Shown here: positions 1 to 9,138 of the stretch, piece by piece
Numbering within the stretch: the first letter of the stretch is position 1
Layout: the number at the start of each line of letters is the position of its first letter
Assembly: GCA_037447435.1 (NCBI GenBank)
Contig: JBBIGR010000011.1
Coordinates: 1 to 64,000, forward strand
DNA from: Fibrobacteria bacterium
Lineage (GTDB): Bacteria > Fibrobacterota > Chitinivibrionia > Chitinivibrionales > FEN-1185
Length of the DNA stretch: 64,000 bases
Reading direction: 5' to 3'
Program-made: the position numbers and the translations under genes
The notes under the pieces: model-generated
Told to the model about the DNA's origin: nothing
What the model saw: the letters and a program-made list of their open reading frames with translations, nothing else
The model's database searches: none

Positions 1-2925
1 TGTACCATGCCGGATCAAACGATAATGGGGTGCCGAATGGGCAAGAATAGGCACAAGATAGATACGGTGATATTCGGCGTATCGGACAATGGAAACCCCG
101 TCGCATCAAACACCTTGCTCGTTCCAATTGAAGTAAGGGCCAAAATTATGCCCCCGGACAGTGTAAAAAATATAATCGGCGTTTCTCGCATATCCGGCGA
201 ATTCAAATTCAAATGGAATACTGCAAAAAATACCGATAGATATTCGATTTACCGTTCTGCAGATACCGTATCGAGCAATTTCGTCGTTGTTGCGACGACG
301 TTCGATACTTTTTTTACAACAACGATAAAGGATTCTGCATTTAATTATTATGTCGTTGCGACGAATTCCAAGGGAAATTCCGTTCCTTCGCCTATAATTT
401 CCTCCACGAGCATTAACACTGCGCCGCAATGGAAGCACGTGGTCGTTAACGCGGAAGTTTTGGAAAACTCAACAATAACCATTAATTTTGCCGATTCCGT
501 ATCCGATAGTAATGGCGACAAGATTACCTATCAAATGATCGCTGGAAATCCCTTAAAGAATTCCCTGGTTTTTTCAACATGGACCAATACCGCTACCTAT
601 GAAGATTCCGGTTCTTATACGATCAAAATCCAGGCATCGGACGGAATCGCGCCCCCAAGCGTTATGACGATTCAATTACATGTTAAGAATGTGAACAGGG
701 CGCCGGCCTTTGTTGCAAACTTGCCGTTAGCTTCGTACAGTGTGGCGGAAAATTCTTTACTTGCCTTTCCAGTAAAAGCGATTGATCCGGACGGGGATAA
801 CTCTGTTATAACTATTCAAAGCGCTACGGTGAAACGTCCTGCCTCTATAACTATTGCCAATGATACTCTTAAATGGATGTCGAATTATGGTGATTCAGGA
901 AGTTATCAAATTGTTTTAAAAGCATCTGATTCCAGAGATTCCTCAATAAAAACAATTGCGATAATTGTTGGGAAGAGTTTACCTGTCCCTGCTGTACCGG
1001 GATTATTGGCCCCGTTAGATGGAGCCTCGGGCTTGACAACAGCACCGACTTTAATTTGGAATGCCGTGAACTTGGCAACATCTTATCATTATCAGATAGC
1101 ATTAAGCAATGCGTTTACGTCGATTGTTGTACAGGACTCAACGTTGACTGATACTGTTAAATCGCTTTCAGGACTTTCTAAGGGAGTGCAGTATTTCTGG
1201 AGAGTAGCGGCGAAAAATACAACGGGAAAAAGTGATTGGTCCGGAATAAAAAGTTTTACGACAATTAGACAATTTGCATTGACTTCAAACGCAACAAACG
1301 GCACTATTACTCAAACGCCGGGCAATTCCCCTTATGACTCCGGAAGCACGGTTGGTTTAAAAGCAATTCCGAGTACTGGTTACAAATTTGCTAACTGGAG
1401 CGGGGATGCAAGTGGAACAAACGATTCGACGACGGTAATAATGAACGCCGCAAAAAATATTATGGCGAATTTTGCGCTAAAGACTTTTACAATAACGATA
1501 AATACAGCATCAAACGGTTCTATTTCCGGGTCTGCAACGGTCAATTACAATTCGTCGCCGTCTTATTCGATAACTCCTGCAACGGGATATAAAGTTACCG
1601 ACGTTTTAGTTGATAATGTTTCGGTGGGGCCCGTGACGACTTATACGTTTTCAAACGTCGTAGCGAATCATACGATAAGCGCAACGTTTGCAATTAATAC
1701 TTTTTCAATTACTGCAACGGCAGGATCCAACGGTTCAATTTCTCCCTCCGGCGCAACTCCGGTCGCTTATGGTACGAATCAGACCTATACAATTACTCCG
1801 GCTGCTAATTACCATGTGGCGACATTGATCGTTGATAATAATTCCGTAACGGCTGCAACAAGCTATGTTTTTCAAAACGTAACATCCACTCATACAATAG
1901 CAGTCACTTTTGCGCTGAATACTTACACTTTGTCAATAATTGCAAATCACGGAACAGTTACTCAAAATCCAACTCCGACTGGTGGGAAATATGATTATGG
2001 TACACAGGTAACCTTGACACCAACTGCAAATGCGGGTTATTTGTTTAATGGCTGGTCCGGAGCAAATTTTTCTGATATTTCGAATGCCAATGCAATTCTT
2101 ATGAATGGAGACAAGGCGATCACGGCGAATTTTACTGTTGCTTATACTATAACTTTTAACCCGCAGGGCGGCTCAGCGGTTGCCCCAAAAGTTGTATTGG
2201 CAAATACTGCTTCTGGAACATTGCCTGTTTCAACATTTGCAGGATGTGACGCAGCTGGATGGATGGTGGATTCTACAGGCCAAGGGGCCGATTTTAATGC
2301 CTCGACAATCGTAACTCAGAATATTACCGTTTATGCAAAGTGGACTGTTCAGGATTTAGATAAAAATGTATACAAAACTGTCAGGATAGGAACCCAGACA
2401 TGGATGGCTGAGAATTTAAGAGCAACTCAATTTAGTGACCATACACCTATTCAGTCTGATAATGGCTCGTCTTGGTATTTGTTCACATCTCCAGCGTTTT
2501 GCTATTATAATGGAACTTCTAATTTAGACACAATAAAATATTTTGGAGCCTTATATAATGGATTCGCGGCTGTAAATTCGATCCCTTTTATTGCAGGATG
2601 GCATGTTCCAACAGATGCAGATTTTACTGCACTTGCTAATTCGCTAGGTGGTGCATCCGTAGCTGGAGTAAAACTAAAAGAAACGGGCGTCTCTCATTGG
2701 AATTCGCCAAATAGTGGCACAAATTCGTCTGGTTTCACAGCACTTCCAGTGGGATCTTGTGATGCACAATATGGCTATTTTACCGGATTTGGTAGCCAAG
2801 CAACATTTTGGTCCTCAATTACGGGATCTTTTTCTGTAATATATAATTCTGATAATGCTTTTTATATAGGTGACGCGCCTCCTTCGCAAAAAAAAGGGTG
2901 CTCAATAAGGCTAGTTAAAAACTGA
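1..2925 (+). CDS. Large surface/secreted protein, probably 5'-truncated by the window edge: cadherin/Ig-like and Fn3-like domains, InlB-B/Flg_new-like repeats, C-terminal FISUMP (Fib_succ_major) domain
   Basis: The frame is open from base 1 and no signal peptide is visible. Shows NxAP..DxDGD cadherin motifs, YFWRVAA Fn3, duplicated GSISPSG..YTITP..NVxxxHTI repeats and the C-terminal YKTVRIGTQTWMAENL..GALYN..GWHVPT..SIRLVKN FISUMP signature. Confidence 0.85.
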   Translation, partial: CTMPDQTIMGCRMGKNRHKIDTVIFGVSDNGNPVASNTLLVPIEVRAKIMPPDSVKNIIGVSRISGEFKFKWNTAKNTDRYSIYRSADTVSSNFVVVATTFDTFFTTTIKDSAFNYYVVATNSKGNSVPSPIISSTSINTAPQWKHVVVNAEVLENSTITINFADSVSDSNGDKITYQMIAGNPLKNSLVFSTWTNTATYEDSGSYTIKIQASDGIAPPSVMTIQLHVKNVNRAPAFVANLPLASYSVAENSLLAFPVKAIDPDGDNSVITIQSATVKRPASITIANDTLKWMSNYGDSGSYQIVLKASDSRDSSIKTIAIIVGKSLPVPAVPGLLAPLDGASGLTTAPTLIWNAVNLATSYHYQIALSNAFTSIVVQDSTLTDTVKSLSGLSKGVQYFWRVAAKNTTGKSDWSGIKSFTTIRQFALTSNATNGTITQTPGNSPYDSGSTVGLKAIPSTGYKFANWSGDASGTNDSTTVIMNAAKNIMANFALKTFTITINTASNGSISGSATVNYNSSPSYSITPATGYKVTDVLVDNVSVGPVTTYTFSNVVANHTISATFAINTFSITATAGSNGSISPSGATPVAYGTNQTYTITPAANYHVATLIVDNNSVTAATSYVFQNVTSTHTIAVTFALNTYTLSIIANHGTVTQNPTPTGGKYDYGTQVTLTPTANAGYLFNGWSGANFSDISNANAILMNGDKAITANFTVAYTITFNPQGGSAVAPKVVLANTASGTLPVSTFAGCDAAGWMVDSTGQGADFNASTIVTQNITVYAKWTVQDLDKNVYKTVRIGTQTWMAENLRATQFSDHTPIQSDNGSSWYLFTSPAFCYYNGTSNLDTIKYFGALYNGFAAVNSIPFIAGWHVPTDADFTALANSLGGASVAGVKLKETGVSHWNSPNSGTNSSGFTALPVGSCDAQYGYFTGFGSQATFWSSITGSFSVIYNSDNAFYIGDAPPSQKKGCSIRLVKN

Positions 2926-2958
2926 AATTATAAAACAGAATATATAAAATTAAGAATT

Positions 2959-3333
2959 TTAATGGCCAGGAAAATATTTCGTTTTTGCAAAGTCTTTGAA
3001 ATGTTCGTCTTGTGTCCAGATGGTTGCGTTATATGCCTGTGCAGTTGCTAAAATAATGCTATCGGCCATTGGTAATCGATAAGTGAGGCTTTTATTTGCG
3101 GCATCAATTGCCAGGCTTGGAGTCAAAAGGACAACGATTCCTTGTTGCATATGCGCCTGAGCAGTAATAGCAATTTCTTCCTGCTTTTCGCGTAATAAGA
3201 CTTTGCTCACTTCATACATGACTATAGTCGGAACTATCAGATGGGCTAAATTTGTGATTGGTTTTTCAAATTCAAGGGCATGTGCGGAATTTGCAAAGTA
3301 GGCCAACCAAGCTGAAGAATCTACTACGTTCAT
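2959..3333 (-). CDS. vapC: VapC-family PIN-domain toxin
   Basis: VVDSSAW, E in VMYEV, ADSIILATA and WTQDEHF PIN motifs; overlaps the antitoxin stop by 4 nt. Confidence 0.93.
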   Translation of the reverse strand: MNVVDSSAWLAYFANSAHALEFEKPITNLAHLIVPTIVMYEVSKVLLREKQEEIAITAQAHMQQGIVVLLTPSLAIDAANKSLTYRLPMADSIILATAQAYNATIWTQDEHFKDFAKTKYFPGH

Positions 3334-3536
3334 ACCCGATCTTCCTCTCGACTATATTTTATATTGATTCCTTCTGCCACTCCGCGCAATCGAGACATTT
3401 CAATTATTGGAACCAATTCTATACGGTTCCCATACTCCACGACTTGTACTTTTTGGCCCGGTTTTAAATGCATAGATTTTCGAATTTCACGGGGGATAAC
3501 CACTTGGAATTTTGGGGAAATAGTAACGGCATTCAT
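3330..3536 (-). CDS. vapB: AbrB/MazE/SpoVT-family antitoxin
   Basis: ISPKFQVVIPREIRKSMHLKPGQKV swapped-hairpin motif; GGAGG RBS; lies directly upstream of the PIN toxin. Confidence 0.92.
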   Translation of the reverse strand: MNAVTISPKFQVVIPREIRKSMHLKPGQKVQVVEYGNRIELVPIIEMSRLRGVAEGINIKYSREEDRV

Positions 3537-3545
3537 AAAACCTCC

Positions 3546-3598
3546 ATCGATAACATTGTCGTATTACGAATATACTATCGATCATTAGTTTTTCACAA
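3546..3598 (-). promoter_or_regulatory. Putative vapBC promoter with overlapping inverted-repeat operator
   Basis: Minus-strand TTGTGA (3598-3593), N18, TATATT (3574-3569). Imperfect dyad ATCGATA..TCGTA-T-TACGA..TATCGAT centred on 3564. Confidence 0.55.
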
Positions 3599-3701
3599 GA
3601 TTTATTCAGGTAAAATTAAAACATAAATTAAATAGAAATCTTATTAAGCTTGTTCCATGCTTTTATTTACCGTATTTTATTCTTAAAGGATATGATACTA
3701 T

Positions 3702-4703
3702 ATGTTAATACCACCGCCGATTCTCCCGGAATTTCTGGATGGCGTCGTATCGCAGGAGGCGTACGCCGCCTGGATAAAAGGACGTGCAAGGCAATTATTC
3801 CAGCGCGACAAGCAAAGAAAACAACCTTATGTAAAGACTGCGAACTGGTATTTGTATAGAGAGAAAATTCACGAAGCGGTAGTTATTTGCGGGACGTTCG
3901 ATAGGTATTCCGGAGACACGCTGCGCTGGGAACTGATTAATACCTGGAGCATTAATAAATCCAAAACCGACCCGGATATTTTTAGAAATTATGCTCTCAT
4001 GCCAACGGTCGATCATGTCGATCCGCAATCCCAAACCCTTGAATTGGAGATATGTTCCTGGGTCGTTAATCTTGTCAAAGGCTATTTGGCCCCGGAGCAA
4101 TTCGTCGCGCTATGCAGGAAAATTGTGGCTTATCGAGAAAAGTCGGCATTGCCGCCGATTGCCGCTTTGAGCAGTATCGATGTCGATACCTTAAAACCGG
4201 TTTCAGCCTGGCAGCGGTTTGTTTCAAACCTTTTGTGCCGGTTACAATTAGACAACCATGGCGAATATAAGCTGCCGCCTTTTTTAGAAGGAATCTGCTT
4301 GCAGAAAGTATACACAAAATGGCATCTGCGAAGGGCAATTTCATTATACCAACGAGATAAAAAAGCAAAACGAAATTGCGTTTTGTATAATACGATTTCG
4401 GATTACCGGCAGGCGATTTGCAATGCAGTTGCGCTCAGCAGCTTAAAGGACCCTTATACCGGTGATACCATGAGATGGGACCTTATAGGTACGTGGACCA
4501 GCACAAAGGGGAGTGACGGCTCCGATTCGTTCAAAAGAAACTATGCGCTTCTCCCGACGGTCGATCATGTCGATACGAAATCAAAAGTATTGGTATTTGA
4601 AATATGCTCGTGGCAGATTAATTCGTGTAGGAACGATCTTACTTCCGAGGAATTCGTGGATTTATGCAAAAAAATATCCGGCAAATCGCCGTTGAAAAAA
4701 TAA
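3702..4703 (+). CDS. Hypothetical protein with two tandem HNH-like (beta-beta-alpha-Me) domains
   Basis: Two homologous halves, each with YxGDTxRWxLIxTW..NYALxPTVDHVD..EICSWxxN..FVxLCxKI. Confidence 0.7.
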   Translation: MLIPPPILPEFLDGVVSQEAYAAWIKGRARQLFQRDKQRKQPYVKTANWYLYREKIHEAVVICGTFDRYSGDTLRWELINTWSINKSKTDPDIFRNYALMPTVDHVDPQSQTLELEICSWVVNLVKGYLAPEQFVALCRKIVAYREKSALPPIAALSSIDVDTLKPVSAWQRFVSNLLCRLQLDNHGEYKLPPFLEGICLQKVYTKWHLRRAISLYQRDKKAKRNCVLYNTISDYRQAICNAVALSSLKDPYTGDTMRWDLIGTWTSTKGSDGSDSFKRNYALLPTVDHVDTKSKVLVFEICSWQINSCRNDLTSEEFVDLCKKISGKSPLKK

Positions 4704-4735
4704 AAAGCGTCTGAATTAATCAGACGCTTTTTATT
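4699..4735. terminator. Bidirectional intrinsic terminator
   Basis: Perfect 16-bp inverted repeat AATAAAAAGCGTCTGA/TCAGACGCTTTTTATT between convergent genes. Confidence 0.9.
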
Positions 4736-4754
4736 GAATATTCAAGAGTAAAGC

Positions 4755-7229
4755 TTATTTATATGTTAAACCATACCCAAAGTTATAAAGAGGCGTACCG
4801 CCGGAACCGGTTGCATCACCGGTTATGCTCGTATGAATCGGATTCTGGGCGCTGCTTGCCGGCCAGGTAAATGCCAGTTTTCCGGTAAAATCATAATCTC
4901 CGAAAAGAACATCACTAACACCATTACCTTCGGTTCCCGGCAACCAAGCAGCGACGAGAGCGTTACTGTTGGTTGGAATTGTGCCAATTGCATTGGGACG
5001 GCCGGTAACAAGAATGGTGATGACCGGTCTTGTTCCTGCAGCACTTTTTACCGATTGTACGAGTGCGATTTGGTCTGACGGCATCTGGCCGGCTGTACCA
5101 GCCAAATGAATTCCATTTAAGCTGTTGAGTGTGATATCTGTAACATCACCATCGACTTCAGCATAGGTGGGTTCACCTACGATGACAACAATCACTGCTG
5201 CATCTGCAGGGATTCCAGTTGCATTAGCAGAACTTGTTGCTGTTGGACAGGCAGTTTGGATCCCCTTCCAAATGGTAGTAGCACCATTGATAGCATGTGC
5301 TGTTCCAGTACCTTGCCATCCTTCATCTGCTCCATTTAATGAGTTAGTGTTATCGGGAATCACTGCGCCGGTAGAAGACCATCCACCGCATTGATAGCCT
5401 ATATTATCTCCAACGGTTCCAGTTACCACGTGAATTTTTGCGGTTTTAGATAAGGGAAGCACTTTTGCATCGTTCTTTAAAAGAACAAGGGATTTGCGAA
5501 CGCATGCACGAGCGACATTACGATAGTCTTGTGAAGCAAGATAATTATTTAAAGCAAGATTAGGCCACGGATTTTCAAAAAGCCCCATTCTAAATTTAGT
5601 ACGTAGCAAACGGCGTACTGCATCATTAACGCGTGCAATAGGTACGGTGCTGATTTGGCTTGCGGCTTCGCCAGGACTAATTGTCATGAGTAAATCATTT
5701 CCCGCATTGACGCTTTGGGCTTCTCGACCCGCACTGGTCGCCCAGTCGGTAATAACATAGCCATCGAATTTCCAATTGGTTTTTAATGTGTCTGTGGTAA
5801 ATTCCTTGTTTATTGCCATACACGTGTTATGCACTGCAGGATATCCGGTCATTACACCCGCGGCACCCGCTTGAACACCCGCATAATAGGCAGGAAAATG
5901 AATTTTTGACAAAATAGCGGTTGAAGCTGAAATGTTCGGACAGCCACCCGAACTACCGGTTATTCCTTGGTCGACAGCACCGGCCGCAGCCCAATGCTTT
6001 AATGTCGCCATCATTGTATAACCGCTGGTAAGATCAGTACCTTGAATACCCCGAACTGCCGCCCTGACCTGGTGGCTTACTAAATCGGGGGATTCGCCAA
6101 AACTTTCGTAAACCCGGCCCGACCGATAGTCACGATGAACGTCGCAACACGGGGCATAGTTTTCGTTATTGTAAAGAGGTAAACAGCACATCGCACCGAC
6201 TCGGTAGGCAAGTTCGGTGAGCAAGGTGTCGTTGGCACAACCTAATCCAATATTGTGCGGAAAATAAACATGGCGCCCGCCATGAACGAAATCGTTACCG
6301 ATAATCATTGGAATTTTATATTTCAACGCAAGTGCGGCGGTCTGCTGTGCGGCATTTCCTTCACCTTTAAGAAACGAACCAATATAATATTTGTTAATTG
6401 AATCAACGCCCACACCTCCGCCATAGTTGGGCTGCATCATTTGTCCCATCTTAATAGCCAAACCATTTGGATCATTATTCAATAATGTCATTAAAGAATC
6501 TATTCTGCCCTCAATGTTAGCATCTTTAATAACGATGTTAGCAAGTTTGTCGCTATACGTCGTGATGGATACCGTTGTCCCGAAATAACCGGTTTTTCCG
6601 GCCCGGATGCCGTCGACAGCGGCCATTTTTGCAAGTGAAGGAAGCGATTGCAAAGCCACAATGTTCGATTTTTCGAAATATTTTGAGGCGTTCGAATTAC
6701 CGGTATTAATCATCCGCAAAGAGATATTGCTTTGTCCGTCGTTGAGGCGTACGACATACACTTGTTGCGGCAAAGCCTTTGAATTCCTTGTAAAAGGGCT
6801 AAAGGCATAATTTTGGCCGCCAACAATCATATTATCGAATAAGCGATATATTCGTTTGCCGGAAATATCATAAAGATCGGCTACGATTCTTTTAGAATCT
6901 TTTCCGCCATTGAAAACGATCATATTCCCATTTATTCGGGCATTTAAGGAGGATGACGCCTTCGATATATTTATTTCATGCGTCGAAGAAACAACGACTG
7001 GCTTATACATAGGAAGGTCATTCAGGCTCCACTCGGTAGGTGCTGGAATACTGAAATTCCCGTTGGCATCGGTGTAAACATAGATTAATCGGTTTGCGAT
7101 ATTTGTATAACAAACCATAGCATCGGCTACCGGTTTGTTTGTGCCGTCAACTACGGTTCCGGTAACGGCAGCATGCGACGTTAGGCTAAAACATGCAATA
7201 AAAAGAAGGAGACAAACGGACCTTTTCAT
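4755..7229 (-). CDS. Secreted glycoside hydrolase family 3 (beta-glucosidase/beta-glucan exohydrolase-like) with N-terminal accessory module
   Basis: Signal peptide; DFVHG, GRVYESFGE, LKHW, nucleophile motif ITDW, KSLVLLKN, GEPTYAE, AAWLPGTEG and FGYGL motifs. Confidence 0.92.
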   Translation of the reverse strand: MKRSVCLLLFIACFSLTSHAAVTGTVVDGTNKPVADAMVCYTNIANRLIYVYTDANGNFSIPAPTEWSLNDLPMYKPVVVSSTHEINISKASSSLNARINGNMIVFNGGKDSKRIVADLYDISGKRIYRLFDNMIVGGQNYAFSPFTRNSKALPQQVYVVRLNDGQSNISLRMINTGNSNASKYFEKSNIVALQSLPSLAKMAAVDGIRAGKTGYFGTTVSITTYSDKLANIVIKDANIEGRIDSLMTLLNNDPNGLAIKMGQMMQPNYGGGVGVDSINKYYIGSFLKGEGNAAQQTAALALKYKIPMIIGNDFVHGGRHVYFPHNIGLGCANDTLLTELAYRVGAMCCLPLYNNENYAPCCDVHRDYRSGRVYESFGESPDLVSHQVRAAVRGIQGTDLTSGYTMMATLKHWAAAGAVDQGITGSSGGCPNISASTAILSKIHFPAYYAGVQAGAAGVMTGYPAVHNTCMAINKEFTTDTLKTNWKFDGYVITDWATSAGREAQSVNAGNDLLMTISPGEAASQISTVPIARVNDAVRRLLRTKFRMGLFENPWPNLALNNYLASQDYRNVARACVRKSLVLLKNDAKVLPLSKTAKIHVVTGTVGDNIGYQCGGWSSTGAVIPDNTNSLNGADEGWQGTGTAHAINGATTIWKGIQTACPTATSSANATGIPADAAVIVVIVGEPTYAEVDGDVTDITLNSLNGIHLAGTAGQMPSDQIALVQSVKSAAGTRPVITILVTGRPNAIGTIPTNSNALVAAWLPGTEGNGVSDVLFGDYDFTGKLAFTWPASSAQNPIHTSITGDATGSGGTPLYNFGYGLTYK

Positions 7230-7343
7230 GAATTACCTCCAAATGGGGGGGATGATAAATATGCCTCATTTAACCAACATATAATGTACAAAAAACGCAA
7301 TTCGAAAGTAATAAAAATGATGTGAAATCCTTTTTTTTCGTAT

Positions 7344-7363
7344 CCTTTTCGTATACGAAAAGG
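7344..7363. promoter_or_regulatory. Perfect 20-bp palindrome, putative operator upstream of the GH3 gene
   Basis: CCTTTTCGTATACGAAAAGG, about 115 bp upstream of the GH3 start and downstream of the upstream operon's terminator. Confidence 0.5.
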
Positions 7364-7410
7364 GATGTATAAAATAATACTTTTTTAAATAGGTGTTGAA
7401 CTAAAACAAA

Positions 7411-7446
7411 AAAAATGCCGTCCTGAGCTTTCAGGACGGCATTTTT
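7411..7446 (-). terminator. Intrinsic terminator after the papain-like gene pair
   Basis: AAAAATGCCGTCCTGA-gctt-TCAGGACGGCATTTTT with a T-tract on the minus strand. Confidence 0.88.
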
Positions 7447-7468
7447 AATTAATAAAAAAAGAATAGAA

Positions 7469-9127
7469 TCAATTTTTTATAAATATCTTTGTAGAATATT
7501 GTTTCGAAATTCCATTTTTACTATGAACATCAACAGAGGCGATAAAGGCACCATTACAAACCTTTTTTCCTAAATTATCTATCATTTTCCATGATTCTGA
7601 ACCAGAAATTGATGAAAAGCAATTTGCTAGGGCTTTTAAATAAATGATTTTTCCGGAAAGAGTTTTAATGGAGAATTTTGCATTCAAAATATTTTCGGAT
7701 GGAAAACTGAATAATATGGAGCCGTTTTCTAATGTGGCCTGCAACGCATTTCCCGAATGAAAAGAAATTTGCTCTTGTTGAGGCACAGAATTCGAAACAA
7801 TGGAGCCATTCCAAGGTATAGACATGGTAATAGTTCCATTAATGGCTTTATTGGATTCAGAACAGGGGATTTCCTTCACCGTGGTACCCGAATAATCCAT
7901 GAGAGATAGACTGTTTACTTGACCTGTCCCGCCTTTTGAAAGAACCTTGAGGAAAAAGGTACCTTTTCCAGAGGCAACATCAGGAGAAAAATCCGTCAGG
8001 TCAAGACCAATATCAATCGTTGGTCCTCCTTTGCCGTTGCTGCTTTTGCCCAGCATAGGAATTGCTCCGCCGTCATAATTGAACGCACCTGCATAATCTT
8101 TTGTTTTTAAAGGCGATTTAGCGGTGTCAGTATTTGCAACGCCGGTCATTAGGCAAACTTGATTGCGCTGAGAATGGGTTAGTGAAATTTTAAAGGCAAA
8201 TTTCGGAGAATAATTCTTTTTAATTTTTACGAACATGACCGGCGTGCCGTAGGTGCTTGTCGCAAGCCCGGCACCCGAACGCAATAGTTTATAGGGGCAC
8301 CAGTAATCACCGTCACCCCATCCACTTAACACAAGGTAACTGCCGCCTTGAAATGAGTCGTCATAACCGACAATTGTTAAGGCATGGCCTCCGCCGGAAA
8401 GGTGCGTCAGCGTTCTTCTTCCGGAAATCGTGGTTGTCGGCATGTCGCCCGAATCCATTTGAAATGTCAGTAATCCGCCGGCAGGTGAGCCGTCCGCGTT
8501 ATCATAAATTATTTGCTTAATAAGTTCGTCGGCCGAAGCAACGCTAGCATCGATTTTATAATATTCATCCGCGCGGATTTTCATGGCCGTGTAATATTTG
8601 TCATACCCGGTGCACCACAATTGCAGGTTGTCGACATCGCCCCCGTTTCCGTCGGATCCGAAACCTCCCATATCGACGCTCGTCGGGCAACCGGTCTGCT
8701 TTACAATATCAAAAGCTTCAATAAACATCCAGCCGTCTCCTCCGGTGGCTTGGTTCCCGCTATTCAAAAAATGGTAAGTATAATTGTATGTGTAAAGTGG
8801 TTCGCTCGTCGATGTCGAAACGTTGGTAAGGCTCTGGACTGCGTAATCGTAGCAATATGATATCGCGCTTGCGTTCGCGCAGCTCCAGCCATCAATGCAC
8901 CAATTTAATGGGGGCATATATTTTTTCGTTGCTGCATCGGTCTCATGATTGACCGACGCGGGCAAGGGGTGCGCTGTTCTGTCTTTGTAAATGTCTGGCA
9001 GAACGAAATTCGGGATTGAATTAAATTTTGCTGTGGTCACTGTTCCAAATTGCTGCCGCACCGGCGTTTGCGCCTGTATCATCGAAACCGAAACACAGAG
9101 TATGAGAAATAAATCCAAAAATTTCAT
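7469..9127 (-). CDS. Secreted papain-fold (C1A-like) cysteine peptidase homologue with T9SS-CTD-like C-terminus (paralog 2)
   Basis: Signal peptide; LPASVN, GWSCANAS (catalytic Cys), GGHALTIVGYD (His), SGWG; tail WKMIDNLGKKVCNGAFI. Confidence 0.8.
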   Translation of the reverse strand: MKFLDLFLILCVSVSMIQAQTPVRQQFGTVTTAKFNSIPNFVLPDIYKDRTAHPLPASVNHETDAATKKYMPPLNWCIDGWSCANASAISYCYDYAVQSLTNVSTSTSEPLYTYNYTYHFLNSGNQATGGDGWMFIEAFDIVKQTGCPTSVDMGGFGSDGNGGDVDNLQLWCTGYDKYYTAMKIRADEYYKIDASVASADELIKQIIYDNADGSPAGGLLTFQMDSGDMPTTTISGRRTLTHLSGGGHALTIVGYDDSFQGGSYLVLSGWGDGDYWCPYKLLRSGAGLATSTYGTPVMFVKIKKNYSPKFAFKISLTHSQRNQVCLMTGVANTDTAKSPLKTKDYAGAFNYDGGAIPMLGKSSNGKGGPTIDIGLDLTDFSPDVASGKGTFFLKVLSKGGTGQVNSLSLMDYSGTTVKEIPCSESNKAINGTITMSIPWNGSIVSNSVPQQEQISFHSGNALQATLENGSILFSFPSENILNAKFSIKTLSGKIIYLKALANCFSSISGSESWKMIDNLGKKVCNGAFIASVDVHSKNGISKQYSTKIFIKN

Positions 9128-9138
9128 GATTGTTATTC

